From Lysobacterales bacterium (GTDB lineage: Bacteria > Pseudomonadota > Gammaproteobacteria > Xanthomonadales > SZUA-38), in NCBI GenBank assembly GCA_045106555.1, contig JBGCET010000003.1, positions 55,244 through 119,243 on the forward strand: a DNA stretch of 64,000 nucleotides. The letters run 5' to 3'. Within the stretch, counting starts at the first letter, position 1; the number at the start of each line of letters is the position of its first letter. Positions 1 through 9,944 of this stretch are shown here, in pieces. Position numbers and translations under genes: made by a program. The notes below the pieces were generated by a model, which searched no databases, was not told the DNA's origin, and saw only the letters and a list, made by a program, of their open reading frames with translations.

Positions 1-849
1 CTGGATAGAGGCTGCCAAGTCCATCTCTCTTTGACCAATGTCAGTTTCTGAGACCCGTGGCGGACCCCCGAACAGCTGATGGAATTTTTCACTGGTCATG
101 GTCAGGCCGGTGCAATAGTTGAAATACTGCATGTCTAGCCGAAAGGTGCCGTCTGGCTTCAGGTCTAAAAGATGTTGGGTGATCAGCTCGGCATACTTGG
201 GCTCACCGTAAGGCGCCAGCCCCATCAGCTTGTACTCACCCGAGTTGACCTTGAATCCGGTGTAGTAGGTAAACGCCGAATACAACAGGCCCAGCGAGTG
301 TGGGAAGTCGATCTCCCAAAGGGGTTTAAGGGCGCTGCCCTGGCCGCGCCAAACTGACGTCGTCGCCCATTCGCCGACCCCATCCAGACACAGTACGACC
401 GCTTCATCAAAGGGGCTGGGATAAAATGCTGACGCGGCGTGAGACTGGTGATGTTCGGCAAAGCGCAGCGGCGGCAGTTCAGATTTTCGGCAGTCGGCAA
501 TTTTTGCCAGCTCCACTTTGAGGGTGTTTTTCAGGTACAGCTTTTCCTTTAGCCATACAGGCATCGCCTTCAGGAACGACCGTAACCCCTTTGGCGCATA
601 GCTCAAGTAGGTTTCCAGCAGGCGTTCAAATTTGACTAAGGGCTTGTCGTAGAAAATGACCTCGTCCAGATCGCTGAAGGAAATGTCGGCATCGCGCAGG
701 GCACGTTGCAGAGCAAGTCGCGGAAAATCTGGGTCATGTTTCCGCCGACTGAAGCGCTCTTCCTGAGCCGCAAACACAATTTTTCCGTCGCCCAGAAGCG
801 CGACAGCAGCGTCGTGATAGTAAGCCGATATTCCGAGAACATAGTGCAA
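1..849 (-). CDS. Carbamoyltransferase (NodU/CmcH/TobZ family), N-terminal part; runs off the window edge
   Basis: Translated by hand from TTG at 849: MHYVLGISAYYHDAAVALL...AAQEERFSRRKHD...EHHQSHAASAFYPSPF...DGVGEWATTS...PHSLGLLYSAFTYYTGFKVNSGEYKLMGLAPYG, all family hallmarks. Not in the ORF track because there is no stop inside the window. Confidence 0.93.
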   Translation of the reverse strand, partial: MHYVLGISAYYHDAAVALLGDGKIVFAAQEERFSRRKHDPDFPRLALQRALRDADISFSDLDEVIFYDKPLVKFERLLETYLSYAPKGLRSFLKAMPVWLKEKLYLKNTLKVELAKIADCRKSELPPLRFAEHHQSHAASAFYPSPFDEAVVLCLDGVGEWATTSVWRGQGSALKPLWEIDFPHSLGLLYSAFTYYTGFKVNSGEYKLMGLAPYGEPKYAELITQHLLDLKPDGTFRLDMQYFNYCTGLTMTSEKFHQLFGGPPRVSETDIGQREMDLAASIQ

Positions 850-990
850 GATGAGCGCCCTGGAGCCAAAGAAGAAACCTGCGAATGCTGCGCTTGAATA
901 CCTTACAAGTCCATGCCTGAAATTCAACCCCGTTTTCTGTAATTCCAGGGCCAGCTGGTATTGTAGTGGCCCCTGTAGGAAAGAATGTGA

Positions 991-2229
991 GTGACGATGC
1001 TGCCGTCTAAAAATGGGTTCCACGCCGCAGCGATCAACACGGGGCTTTTTCTGGTGTCGCTGGTGGTGGCATTGCTGCTTGCCGAGTTAGGTCTTCGCCT
1101 GGTGGAATCTGCCGGCAGGCAGTCCATTGGCGCAGAAATTCCGTTGCACCAACTCAACTACAACAACCCCTCAGTGTCTGTTGTTCAGGCCCCGGACACG
1201 GTTCGAGTTCTGAGCTTTGGCGACTCGTTTGCCTACGGGATTGTTAAGCCGCCCTACAGCTATCATCAGATCGCGGCGACGGCATTGTCTGCAGCCGGTC
1301 TTCCCTACGATGTTGTGAATCTGGGGGAACCAGCGATCAGCTTCCCCCAGTACCTGCAAGCCCATCAACAATGGTCCAAGGTGTTAGATCACGACGCCGT
1401 GCTCATCAACATATACGTTGGCAACGATATTGCCGATGTGACCTACGGCTATGTGGAAAAGAACGCCGATCCGCACCACGCGTTGGCGGCGCTTGAGGCC
1501 AATGCGCAATCTGGTGAGGGGCTAATGCCTTCAGGAAATCTTGAGGACATCTTGGGTCGGGTGAATTTTGTGCCCAGAGCTTTTCCGCTGCGAATTATTG
1601 ACTATGCCTACGCTATCTACCTGTCGTTGACACAGGTAATTACCCCGACCGACATGACCTTAAACCCCGACGTGTATATTCCCGCCGTTGTCAGCCTCAA
1701 CGATGACGATTTCCTACAGGTTCAACGATCCATTGCCAGCGTGTTCGATCCCTCGCGCCTGCGCCTTCACCAAACGGGTTACGAAAGCGCCGTTGAGCTA
1801 GCGCGCTATTTGCAAGGCCAAGCGGACGAGCGTCCTGTTTGGGTGTTGCTGAGTCCACCTCAAATGGCCGTTGACAAAGCCCTGCACAATCGCCTGCTCC
1901 TTCAATTAGATCAGCCATGGGACATCGACTTGCCGTTTGTGCTGCTGGAAAATATTTTTGCGACAGTCGCTCCCAGTGTAAAGGTGGTGCCGCTCGACTC
2001 CCTGTTGCGCTGCGCCACGCAAACTCAAGGGCCTATGTATGTTGAACGAGACACCCATTGGAACCAGGCAGGAAATCAGGTCGTTGGAATCGCCGTGGCG
2101 AGCGCTTTGTCGATACCGGATGAGGGATTGTTAACGATCGGGAATACCCAGTGTCCCTTTATCCAGAGTCGACGAGTATTGACCGCCGAAGAAAAGATTC
2201 TTGTTCAGGAACTGACAGCTGTCCGTTGA
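991..2229 (+). CDS. Membrane-anchored SGNH/GDSL hydrolase-fold protein (AlgX/AlgJ-like)
   Basis: N-terminal TM helix; GDSF block I, GND block III, DTHWN block V; divergent from the carbamoyltransferase. Confidence 0.8.
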   Translation: MTMLPSKNGFHAAAINTGLFLVSLVVALLLAELGLRLVESAGRQSIGAEIPLHQLNYNNPSVSVVQAPDTVRVLSFGDSFAYGIVKPPYSYHQIAATALSAAGLPYDVVNLGEPAISFPQYLQAHQQWSKVLDHDAVLINIYVGNDIADVTYGYVEKNADPHHALAALEANAQSGEGLMPSGNLEDILGRVNFVPRAFPLRIIDYAYAIYLSLTQVITPTDMTLNPDVYIPAVVSLNDDDFLQVQRSIASVFDPSRLRLHQTGYESAVELARYLQGQADERPVWVLLSPPQMAVDKALHNRLLLQLDQPWDIDLPFVLLENIFATVAPSVKVVPLDSLLRCATQTQGPMYVERDTHWNQAGNQVVGIAVASALSIPDEGLLTIGNTQCPFIQSRRVLTAEEKILVQELTAVR

Positions 2230-2272
2230 TGGCTCGCCGCAAGGGGGCGATACGCTGGTCAGAATTTATCTT

Positions 2273-2310
2273 GTTAGATTTCCACAGGTTAGATTTCCAC
2301 AGGTTAGATT
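2273..2310. repeat. 2.5 copies of a 15-bp tandem repeat GTTAGATTTCCACAG
   Basis: Read directly; intergenic, about 100 bp upstream of the peroxidase start. Confidence 0.9.
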
Positions 2311-2406
2311 GTCTCTGCTTAGGAGTTCACTGAGGAGATTTTCCTTCCGCGCCGTTCATCAATTTGCCATCAGGCATTTTTTGACGACATTCATCGGGAG
2401 GTTCAT

Positions 2407-3831
2407 ATGTCTTCATGTCCTGTACAACATCACGGTATGACCAAAGCAAAAGGCTGCGCTCACGCGCGGCTGGGCAATTTTGGAAAGCTCTTTCCTAAAC
2501 TGACGCCGCTAAAACTCAACGAGGCTCAGGCAGCAGCATTGGGAGGAAAAAACTCGCCCATGCATGATGTGGGAAACGTCTCGCCAAACGCCAGTTTGCC
2601 GGCGGGTTATACGTTTTTCGCCCAGTTTATTGACCATGATATTACCCTGGATACCACCAGCGATCTGCACGGCAAGCCGCTGTCTAACGGCGCCATCAGT
2701 CACCTGCCTAACCTTCGCACACCCACCCTGGATATGGACTGCGTGTACGGTTTCGGGCCTGAGGCCAGCCCTCATCTTTATGCCGGCGCCACAGCACCCG
2801 GTCGACTGTTGGTGGGTAATTCGGGCAACCCAGATGACCTGCCGCGAAATGAATCTGGTACCGCCTTGATCGGCGATCCGCGCAACGACGAAAATATTTT
2901 TGTCTCTCAAATGCAGCTGCTGTTCATCCGCTTTCATAACCGGGTTTACGACTCGCTGGTTTCAAGTGTTAGCCTGGATGAGCGGTTCGAAAAGGCACAG
3001 GAAATTGTTCGCCACCACTATCAATACTTGGTGGTGCACGACTTTCTTCATCGAATCTGCGACCCAAAGATTTTCGAGTTCGCCCTGAAAAAAGTTACCG
3101 GCCACCAATACCCATTGGTGTACGAGGCTGACAAACACGGAAATCTGCCCATGCCGGTAGAGTTCAGCGTTGCGGCCTACCGTTTTGGCCATACGACGGT
3201 GCGCACGAGCTACGCGGCGAATGGTCAATTCCCGGATGTCGAGTTGTTTGACGAGCGTTTCGGTACCCAAGGATTTTCTGCCCTGCCGCCGGAGCTGACG
3301 GTGGATTGGCGGTTTTTGTTGCCTGTGAATAAGTGCATCGCGCCGCTAACCACCAAGCGATTTGATCTTCAATTTCCGGAAGAGTTGATTTGTATGCCGG
3401 ACCCTATTGTGGGTCGCGGCGCCAGCGACAACGAGCGATCGCTGGCGTTTCGAAATCTGCTTCGAGGCAACGCTCTGGCATTGCCTTGTGGTCAGGCGGT
3501 AGCGGCGGCATTGAAGGCAGCGGGCTATCCCATCAGCACTAACTTTGCACCGCTAAAACTCACCGAGGTTATTCCCGCAGAGAAGGAGACCAAAGACTTG
3601 GCGGACGAAACGCCGTTGTTCTTCTATCTCATGCGCGAGGCCGGTACGTTAGGCAAAGGCGAGCGTCTGGGCCCGACAGGGTCGGCTATCTTGCTGGAGG
3701 TCTTGTTAGGTGGGTTACTGCACTGCGAAGACAGCATCCTGAAAGATCCGAAATGGAAACCTAACCGCTGTATCGCCGGCCCCCACAAGGGGTTTGAGCT
3801 GGCAGACGTGGTTAGGTACGTCGAGTCTTAG
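2407..3831 (+). CDS. Bacterial heme peroxidase, peroxidase-cyclooxygenase (animal peroxidase) superfamily
   Basis: Distal motif GYTFFAQFIDHDIT, GDPRNDEN, proximal motif EFSVAAYRFGH, and TPLFFYLMREA. Confidence 0.88.
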   Translation: MSSCPVQHHGMTKAKGCAHARLGNFGKLFPKLTPLKLNEAQAAALGGKNSPMHDVGNVSPNASLPAGYTFFAQFIDHDITLDTTSDLHGKPLSNGAISHLPNLRTPTLDMDCVYGFGPEASPHLYAGATAPGRLLVGNSGNPDDLPRNESGTALIGDPRNDENIFVSQMQLLFIRFHNRVYDSLVSSVSLDERFEKAQEIVRHHYQYLVVHDFLHRICDPKIFEFALKKVTGHQYPLVYEADKHGNLPMPVEFSVAAYRFGHTTVRTSYAANGQFPDVELFDERFGTQGFSALPPELTVDWRFLLPVNKCIAPLTTKRFDLQFPEELICMPDPIVGRGASDNERSLAFRNLLRGNALALPCGQAVAAALKAAGYPISTNFAPLKLTEVIPAEKETKDLADETPLFFYLMREAGTLGKGERLGPTGSAILLEVLLGGLLHCEDSILKDPKWKPNRCIAGPHKGFELADVVRYVES

Positions 3832-3846
3832 CGGCTCACCAGGTTT

Positions 3847-3911
3847 CCGTTCTCGCGGTGGTGATGCATTACTACCCCTCCAAGGTTTGCCGCCGGGAGA
3901 ACGGTTTTTTT
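3847..3911 (+). terminator. Probable intrinsic terminator between the convergent peroxidase and kinase genes
   Basis: CCGTTCTC...GAGAACGG inverted repeat followed by a T run. Confidence 0.55.
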
Positions 3912-6366
3912 ATTGAAGCGCTGGCAGCGCCGCCAGCGCTTCGCTTAGCGCCTCAGCATCGACGGTTTGGGTGAGGAATGGTTGGGCGTCGCTAAAGAGT
4001 TGACGAGCCTCGACCAGTCGTTGCTGAGCCGCTCGGCACCGGCCAAGATGAAAGCGGCTTTGGTTTGTGGATTGGGCTTCGGTGCCCCGTTGAGATAGCC
4101 GCACCTCGAGGGTGGACGCCAGCCGATCACAGGCTTCATCAGTTTGACCATCCAACAACAGTACCTTCGCCAATTCCTGATTAGCTCCGGCTGTGTGCAG
4201 ATGGTCGCCCGATAGGGTTGCTGAAAGCACCCGGACTGCCTCTCTCCAATGGGCCTGGGCCCGGCTGAGATTGTTTTGATCCGCGGCTACTTTACCCAGA
4301 TACCCCAGCGTCCAGCCCATCTTTGGATGATCTCCCCCGTAGATGGTTTGTTCTCGCTGAAGAACCTCTTTCAAGAGTCGCTCCGCTTCGGGCAGATTGT
4401 CCAAACCGATTTCCAGCGCGGCCAAATTTCTCAACGTTGTTAGCGTGCGAGGGTGGGTGGGGCCAAGCTTATCTTCCTGCACCGTAATGGCTTCCCGGTA
4501 AAGCTGCCCCGCTTCCTGGCGGCGCTTCTGTCGATGCAGCACTACACCGTAGTCGGCTTTGGAAAGCGCCAAGTCTACGTCGTCAGAAACCAGCGTGTTG
4601 AGGCGCAGATTTAGTGCCTGTCCGTGGTATTCACCCGATCGTTCATCTTCTCCGAGTTCGGAATGGGCAATGCCCAGCTCACTGTAGATGCTGGCCAGCG
4701 CCAGACTGTCGGGGGCACCTGTGGTTAGGCGGAGGGTGGCCGCCTTATTCAGATTTTCCAGCGCCGATTCGAAATTCCCGGCACCGCGTTGCGCACTGCC
4801 GAGGTTAAGCAAACTGTCAGACAACTCCTCAGTAGAACTATTTAGTGCTTCACGTAGCGTGAGACTGCGCTGATAGTGATCCACGGCCGCTGGATACTCA
4901 CCCAGGGAGAAGTAAATGCCGCCCAGATTATCCAGCATTGAGGCTTTTAACAGCGGTTGATCGTTCAGTCTGTTGGTGAGCTGAGCGCTGCCCTGATCGA
5001 CCATTTCTTTGATCGTGAGGGTTTTGCCCAGACTGATATCCGGTGACGCATTGGAAAACAGTTCTTGCAGAAAGGCGGAAATCTCCTGGGCTTTCGCAGC
5101 CTCCAGTTGAGCCATATCTCGCTCTTGGACTATGCGTGCAGACTGCCAGGTTACGGTGAGCGCATAGGCCAGTAACATCATGGCGAATGCTGCGGTCACC
5201 GATACGCCCACTCGATGTCGGGCGACAAACTTGCGAATCCGGTGCCAGCGCAGGCCAGCATGGGCTATCAGCGGCAGACCTTGCTGATAGTTGCGAAGAT
5301 CCAGGATCAGGTCTTCTACTGTCCGGTAGCGATCTTTGGGAGATTTTTCCAGGCATTTGAGGATGATGGCGTCCAGGTCACGATCTACCTTGATGCCTGC
5401 GGCGTTTGCTCTGCTGGCCGTCTCGCTGGGTCTGGGCGGTGGGGATTCGACAATCTTGCGCTGGAAGGTCAGCGGTGAATCGCCATTGCGCTGGAACGGT
5501 CGTCTGCCTGTGACCAACTCGAACAACAGCAGTCCCAGCTGGTACACGTCGGATTCGCGGCCCAGCGGCAACCCTTCCAGCTGTTCCGGGCTGGCATACT
5601 CCGGGGTCAGCAGGCGGGCCTCGGTTACCGTGGCCGCGTCTGGCCCATCACCCATCAGCTTAGCAATGCCAAAATCCACCAGCTTTACTTGGCCCGCCTG
5701 ATCTACCATCACGTTTGAGGGCTTGATGTCGCGATGAATGATCTCTCGGCGATGGGCGGCTGACACGGCAGCGGCAACATCTTCCAGGAGGGTAAGGCGC
5801 TGCTCCAGCGTTAGCTGGTGAGAGTGACAATGCTCGTCGATGGGTTCACCGGCCACATATTCCATGGCCAGCCAGGGTCGTCCGTCGCCAGTAACTCCGC
5901 CGTCCAGTAATGACGCAATATGAGGGTCATTCAAGTTTGCCAGGATTTGGCGTTCCCGTTCGAAACGGTTTAACAGGTCACCGCGGAGCATTCCCTGCCA
6001 CATCATTTTTAGGGCTACCTGCTGATCAAACAGACCGTCGTTGCGATGGGCCAGGAACACTTGGGCCATGCCGCCCTGACCTATTTCCTGGTCAATGGCG
6101 AAAGGGCCAACTTGTTGGCCGACAATCTGGGTACCTTGTTGAGCGCTGGCGATAGCGTCCAGCATATCGACGGAGATGGCCGCGCCTCTGGCCAGCCATT
6201 CGGGGTCGCTTTCGCTGTTAGCCAGCAGCCTGGAAAGGTCCGCGCCAAGGTCTGGGTCGCGTTCGGTCAGCTCGACCAGGAACGCTTTGCGAGAGGACTG
6301 GGTGAGACTCAATGCCTGCTCAAGCAATGGGTCCAATTCCTGCCATTTGTCGTGAAGCCGAGACAT
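3910..6366 (-). CDS. Membrane Ser/Thr protein kinase with extracytoplasmic TPR repeats
   Basis: GQGGMAQV Gly loop, VALK, HRDIKPSN, DFG, TPEYASPEQ; one TM helix, then TPR-like repeats. Confidence 0.95.
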   Translation of the reverse strand: MSRLHDKWQELDPLLEQALSLTQSSRKAFLVELTERDPDLGADLSRLLANSESDPEWLARGAAISVDMLDAIASAQQGTQIVGQQVGPFAIDQEIGQGGMAQVFLAHRNDGLFDQQVALKMMWQGMLRGDLLNRFERERQILANLNDPHIASLLDGGVTGDGRPWLAMEYVAGEPIDEHCHSHQLTLEQRLTLLEDVAAAVSAAHRREIIHRDIKPSNVMVDQAGQVKLVDFGIAKLMGDGPDAATVTEARLLTPEYASPEQLEGLPLGRESDVYQLGLLLFELVTGRRPFQRNGDSPLTFQRKIVESPPPRPSETASRANAAGIKVDRDLDAIILKCLEKSPKDRYRTVEDLILDLRNYQQGLPLIAHAGLRWHRIRKFVARHRVGVSVTAAFAMMLLAYALTVTWQSARIVQERDMAQLEAAKAQEISAFLQELFSNASPDISLGKTLTIKEMVDQGSAQLTNRLNDQPLLKASMLDNLGGIYFSLGEYPAAVDHYQRSLTLREALNSSTEELSDSLLNLGSAQRGAGNFESALENLNKAATLRLTTGAPDSLALASIYSELGIAHSELGEDERSGEYHGQALNLRLNTLVSDDVDLALSKADYGVVLHRQKRRQEAGQLYREAITVQEDKLGPTHPRTLTTLRNLAALEIGLDNLPEAERLLKEVLQREQTIYGGDHPKMGWTLGYLGKVAADQNNLSRAQAHWREAVRVLSATLSGDHLHTAGANQELAKVLLLDGQTDEACDRLASTLEVRLSQRGTEAQSTNQSRFHLGRCRAAQQRLVEARQLFSDAQPFLTQTVDAEALSEALAALPALQ

Positions 6367-6387
6367 CAGAAAAGTTCTAGTGGTCCA

Positions 6388-6948
6388 CTAGTTTGCCAGA
6401 CTCTCTGTGAGCCAGGCCTTTGCCCGCAACCAGTCCCTTTGCACTGTGCGCAGAGAAACTCCCAGTGCTTGCGCAGTTTCCTCGAAGGTATAGCCGGCAA
6501 AAGTGTGACATTCCAGAACCCGTACCAGTCTTGGGTCGTGTTGTTCCATGGTTCGCAGTGCCGCATCCACGTTCAACCACAGCTCGTTTTGATCGCCTGC
6601 GGCGACCCGGCCTTCGTCCAACGGCAGCGGCGCTATCCCATCACCGCGTTTGGCCGCGCTGCGCGCCCGCAGATGATCGACCAGCAGTTGCCGCATGGCC
6701 CGAGCGGCAATGGCAAAAAAGTGTCCCCGGCTGCTCGCGGCGAGCTTGGACTGGCTGGCAATTTTGCAATACACCTCGTTAACCAGTCCGGTGGTATTGA
6801 GTGGGGAATGGTCCAGGTGGCTTAGTTGACGCCGTGCAATGCTTTTCAGCTCCCGGTAAACCAGGGGCATCAAATCTTCCAGCGCCTCATTTTCTCCAGC
6901 CGTAACTCGGGCCAGAAGCGCGGTAATATCTGCGTTGGGGCTTGCCAT
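6388..6948 (-). CDS. ECF sigma factor of the kinase-associated type (EcfK/EcfP-like, TIGR02999-like)
   Basis: LMPLVYRELKSIARRQL, NTTGLVNEVY, HFFAIAARAMRQLLVD, SLRTVQRDWLRAKAWL; directly upstream of the kinase. Start set to the ATG at 6948 (MASPN). Confidence 0.92.
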   Translation of the reverse strand: MASPNADITALLARVTAGENEALEDLMPLVYRELKSIARRQLSHLDHSPLNTTGLVNEVYCKIASQSKLAASSRGHFFAIAARAMRQLLVDHLRARSAAKRGDGIAPLPLDEGRVAAGDQNELWLNVDAALRTMEQHDPRLVRVLECHTFAGYTFEETAQALGVSLRTVQRDWLRAKAWLTESLAN

Positions 6949-7123
6949 GGGCTGATGGTAGCAGGGCTGCACAGCAGGTGCCGTGACCAATGTTCGGCTG
7001 TCGCTGACATTTCGACATCAATGACTGAGGGACAGCACGCCGCGCAGGCGTTCCTAATCCTGCAATGGTGCATTTTTCCTGAAAAACCCCGCTAAACTGT
7101 GGCAATCCCGGGAGGTAAAGACC

Positions 7124-8206
7124 ATGTTTGTAGTGACTAATCGTGAGGTGCTGGAACGCAAGGGGCTGGGTCAATTTGGCAAAAAGCCCAATCAGCGTGG
7201 CCCCAATGAGATTCGCCTGTTCAGTGTGGAGAAACAGGGGCGGCGTTGGGAAGTGGAAGCGCTCAGCGATCAGCTCAGCAAAACCCAGATTAAAGCGCTG
7301 GTAAGAAAGCACGGGCTGCCTATCGATCCAGCTGGCGAGCGGCGTTGGTTTGCCAGTTTAAAGGTTGCCTGTCAGGTTGCGGAGCAGGCGCGCAAAGAAA
7401 AAAAGCACATTGTCATTTACGCCCATGGCTTCAACAACGACATCAAAGATGTGATGACGGCGGCCAAGGCCATCGCTGAGGAATATCAGGTGATCGTATT
7501 GCCCTTTTCCTGGCCGGCCAACGGCGGCGGTACGGGTGTGGCCAGCTATCGGTCTGACAAGCGGGATGCCCGAGCCTCCGCCGGAGCGCTGGATCGACTG
7601 TTCATGAAGACTATGGAATATCTCAAACTGATCACCGAAGCTCAGCGTCAACGCTTGATGAACCAAGCTCATGAGAAGCACCCGCATAATCGCGTCCGAG
7701 CCGATCAGCTCTACGCTCGATTACTGGAAGCAGAATGTCCGTTTACGGTGAACTTTCTGGCCCACAGCATGGGCAACTACCTGTATAAGAATTTGCTGAA
7801 ATCTACCGCAACCGAGGCGACTCGACCGCTGTTCGACAACGTAATCATGGCGGCGCCGGATGTAAATAATGAAGAACACGCCTGGTGGCTGGACAAAATT
7901 CAATGTCGCCGGCGGGTCTACGTGTGCATCAATGAAAACGACCATGCGCTGAATGCCTCAAGACTCAAAGCCGGCGAGGAGCAGCTGGCCCGACTTGGGC
8001 ATGTAACCTATAACCTGACCGCGCAACGCGCTACCTACGTGGACTTCACCAACGCGGCGGGTGTGGGTAACTCCCATACGTACTTCAAAGGCGACTCGGT
8101 GGCAGACAATCCGGCGGTCAGGGCGTTTTTTGATAATGCGTTTAATGGGCGCTTTGCCGAGAACTCGCTGCAATACGATGCCATTAAAAACGTCTATCAG
8201 GTCTGA
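7124..8206 (+). CDS. Alpha/beta hydrolase, DUF900-like
   Basis: YAHGFNN, FSWP, AHSMGN nucleophile elbow, MAAPDV, late His (SHTYF); strong RBS GGAGG. Confidence 0.82.
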   Translation: MFVVTNREVLERKGLGQFGKKPNQRGPNEIRLFSVEKQGRRWEVEALSDQLSKTQIKALVRKHGLPIDPAGERRWFASLKVACQVAEQARKEKKHIVIYAHGFNNDIKDVMTAAKAIAEEYQVIVLPFSWPANGGGTGVASYRSDKRDARASAGALDRLFMKTMEYLKLITEAQRQRLMNQAHEKHPHNRVRADQLYARLLEAECPFTVNFLAHSMGNYLYKNLLKSTATEATRPLFDNVIMAAPDVNNEEHAWWLDKIQCRRRVYVCINENDHALNASRLKAGEEQLARLGHVTYNLTAQRATYVDFTNAAGVGNSHTYFKGDSVADNPAVRAFFDNAFNGRFAENSLQYDAIKNVYQV

Positions 8207-8263
8207 GAAATTGGTGCCCGAAATGAGGTAGTCTGGATTGCCGAACAGTGGGCTTCAGGAATC

Positions 8264-8998
8264 ATGCAGCAGACCCTATTGGCGTTACTTGCGCTGACTA
8301 TGAGCACCTCTGGTGTTGCCCAGAGCGTCTTTGAGGAACGCGACGGTTTGCTGGTGATTGAGTTGGAGAGTGCCTCACCATTACCGGAGAATTGGATAGC
8401 CGGCCCTGTAGGAAACCCCACGTCGCCAAATATCAATGACCCAAGCGCGTTCACCGGTCGTGGCTTCATTGTCTGGGAAGGGCAACAGTTTCTGGGTAAT
8501 CCGGGTAATGGCGAAATTGTCTTTACTGTGGCGATCAACAATCCGGGAACCTATCGCCTTCAATGGCGTAATCAGGTGGGCCGAGGGACCAACACCACCG
8601 ATCACAACGACACCTGGCTGAAGATTGATGCCGACAGTTTTTTTGCTCAACGAAATGCCAGCATAGTCTGTCCGAAAGGGTTTGACCCATTGGTCAACAG
8701 CTGTGTCGGCGGACAGCCTAACGGCAGCGGCTCTAGCGGTTGGTTTAAGGTGTACTCCAGTGGCGCCAGCAGCTGGAGTTTCAGCACTCGTACCAGCGAC
8801 AATGACGCCCACAATATTTTCGCGCGGTTTGACCAAGCCGATATCTACACTCTGCGACTTTCCGCTCGCTCTTCGTCTCACGTGATTGATCGATTGGTGC
8901 TGTCCCGGGACGACTATGTTGGCGACCCCACGGACCTGACATTACCAGAGTCACCGCGGATAGACTTAGACGCGGTGTTTCTTGACGGATTTGAGTGA
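8264..8998 (+). CDS. Secreted beta-sandwich (carbohydrate-binding-like) protein with C-terminal VFLDGFE motif
   Basis: Signal peptide; FEERDGLLVIELES start and GTYRLQWR/IDRLVL strands resemble jelly-roll CBM-like domains; ends DAVFLDGFE*. Confidence 0.65.
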   Translation: MQQTLLALLALTMSTSGVAQSVFEERDGLLVIELESASPLPENWIAGPVGNPTSPNINDPSAFTGRGFIVWEGQQFLGNPGNGEIVFTVAINNPGTYRLQWRNQVGRGTNTTDHNDTWLKIDADSFFAQRNASIVCPKGFDPLVNSCVGGQPNGSGSSGWFKVYSSGASSWSFSTRTSDNDAHNIFARFDQADIYTLRLSARSSSHVIDRLVLSRDDYVGDPTDLTLPESPRIDLDAVFLDGFE

Positions 8999-9108
8999 GG
9001 CGAATCTTTACCCGCCGCGATTAGTGGTTTGGTAGGGATCTGCGCCAATTCACCCGCCATCAACGATGAACAGGTAAACTAGCCCGTTTTCCCCAGCAGG
9101 AGTTTACC

Positions 9109-9867
9109 GTGGACTACATTAATCGCTTTAGCGGCCTGGCGCTGGCGCTGCTTTTTGCTGCCCCGGCGGCGTTCGCTCAATCCACCGACGCCTTTGCAGA
9201 AAAAATCCGTGCTGCCATGGCGGCGGATATTCGAACCGAATCCGAAACAGTGCGTGACGCCAACCGCAAGCCGGTTGAGACCTTGAGCTTTATCGGCTTG
9301 AACTCCGATATGAAGGTGTTGGAGCTGGTGCCTTCCCGCGGTTGGTACACCAAGTTGCTGGCGCCCGCGATCGACGATTTTCACGTCGCTATAGGCACCA
9401 CCAGCGTCAAGGACAATCTCAAGACACAGGCCGGCTTTGAGCACATCAACGTGATTGAGCCGAAAGACATGGCAATGTCTCGCGATCAGGAAACACGACT
9501 CAATTCCATCGCGCCGTTTTCCTTTGGCGAGACCGGTTTTGATGCGGTGCTGACCTTTCGCAACGTACATAATTTCGATGAAGCCGGTAGGCGAAATATC
9601 AATGCCGCGGCATTTGAGGCGCTGAGCAGTGGAGGTGTGTATGCCGTTGTTGATCACACCCGTCGGCATATGGAGCCATTGACCCCGGTCAATCGTCGTC
9701 GTGCCGATCCGGTGGCCATCATTAAAGAGGCTCAGGACGCGGGCTTTATGCTGCACAGCTATAGCGACCTTCACTACAAGCCGGCGGACAACCTGACCCT
9801 TGAGGTCGGTAACGACGCGGTCACGGGCCAAACCGACAGATTCACATTGGTATTTCGAAAGCCCTGA
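9109..9867 (+). CDS. Exported class I SAM-dependent methyltransferase-like protein (COG4798-like)
   Basis: Signal peptide (AFA-Q); RDANRKPVETLSFIG, VLELVPSRGWYT, TFRNVHN, GQTDRFTLVFRKP. Confidence 0.8.
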   Translation: MDYINRFSGLALALLFAAPAAFAQSTDAFAEKIRAAMAADIRTESETVRDANRKPVETLSFIGLNSDMKVLELVPSRGWYTKLLAPAIDDFHVAIGTTSVKDNLKTQAGFEHINVIEPKDMAMSRDQETRLNSIAPFSFGETGFDAVLTFRNVHNFDEAGRRNINAAAFEALSSGGVYAVVDHTRRHMEPLTPVNRRRADPVAIIKEAQDAGFMLHSYSDLHYKPADNLTLEVGNDAVTGQTDRFTLVFRKP

Positions 9868-9944
9868 CTGTCAGCGTGGATTACACCGCCCGGTTCGATT
9901 AATTCTGACAACCGAATCGAGCGGTGTATGACCCTGCAACCTGA

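Noticed and set aside
2273-2310. ATTTCCACA as DnaA boxes / replication origin
   Set aside because: Only two copies, each with one mismatch to the consensus; no AT-rich unwinding element or origin-linked genes.
6046-6825. 259-aa plus-strand ORF spanning the kinase and ECF genes
   Set aside because: Antisense to two well-supported genes.
9079-9831. 250-aa minus-strand ORF
   Set aside because: Antisense shadow of the plus-strand methyltransferase-like gene, which has a signal peptide, RBS and family motifs; the shadow has none.
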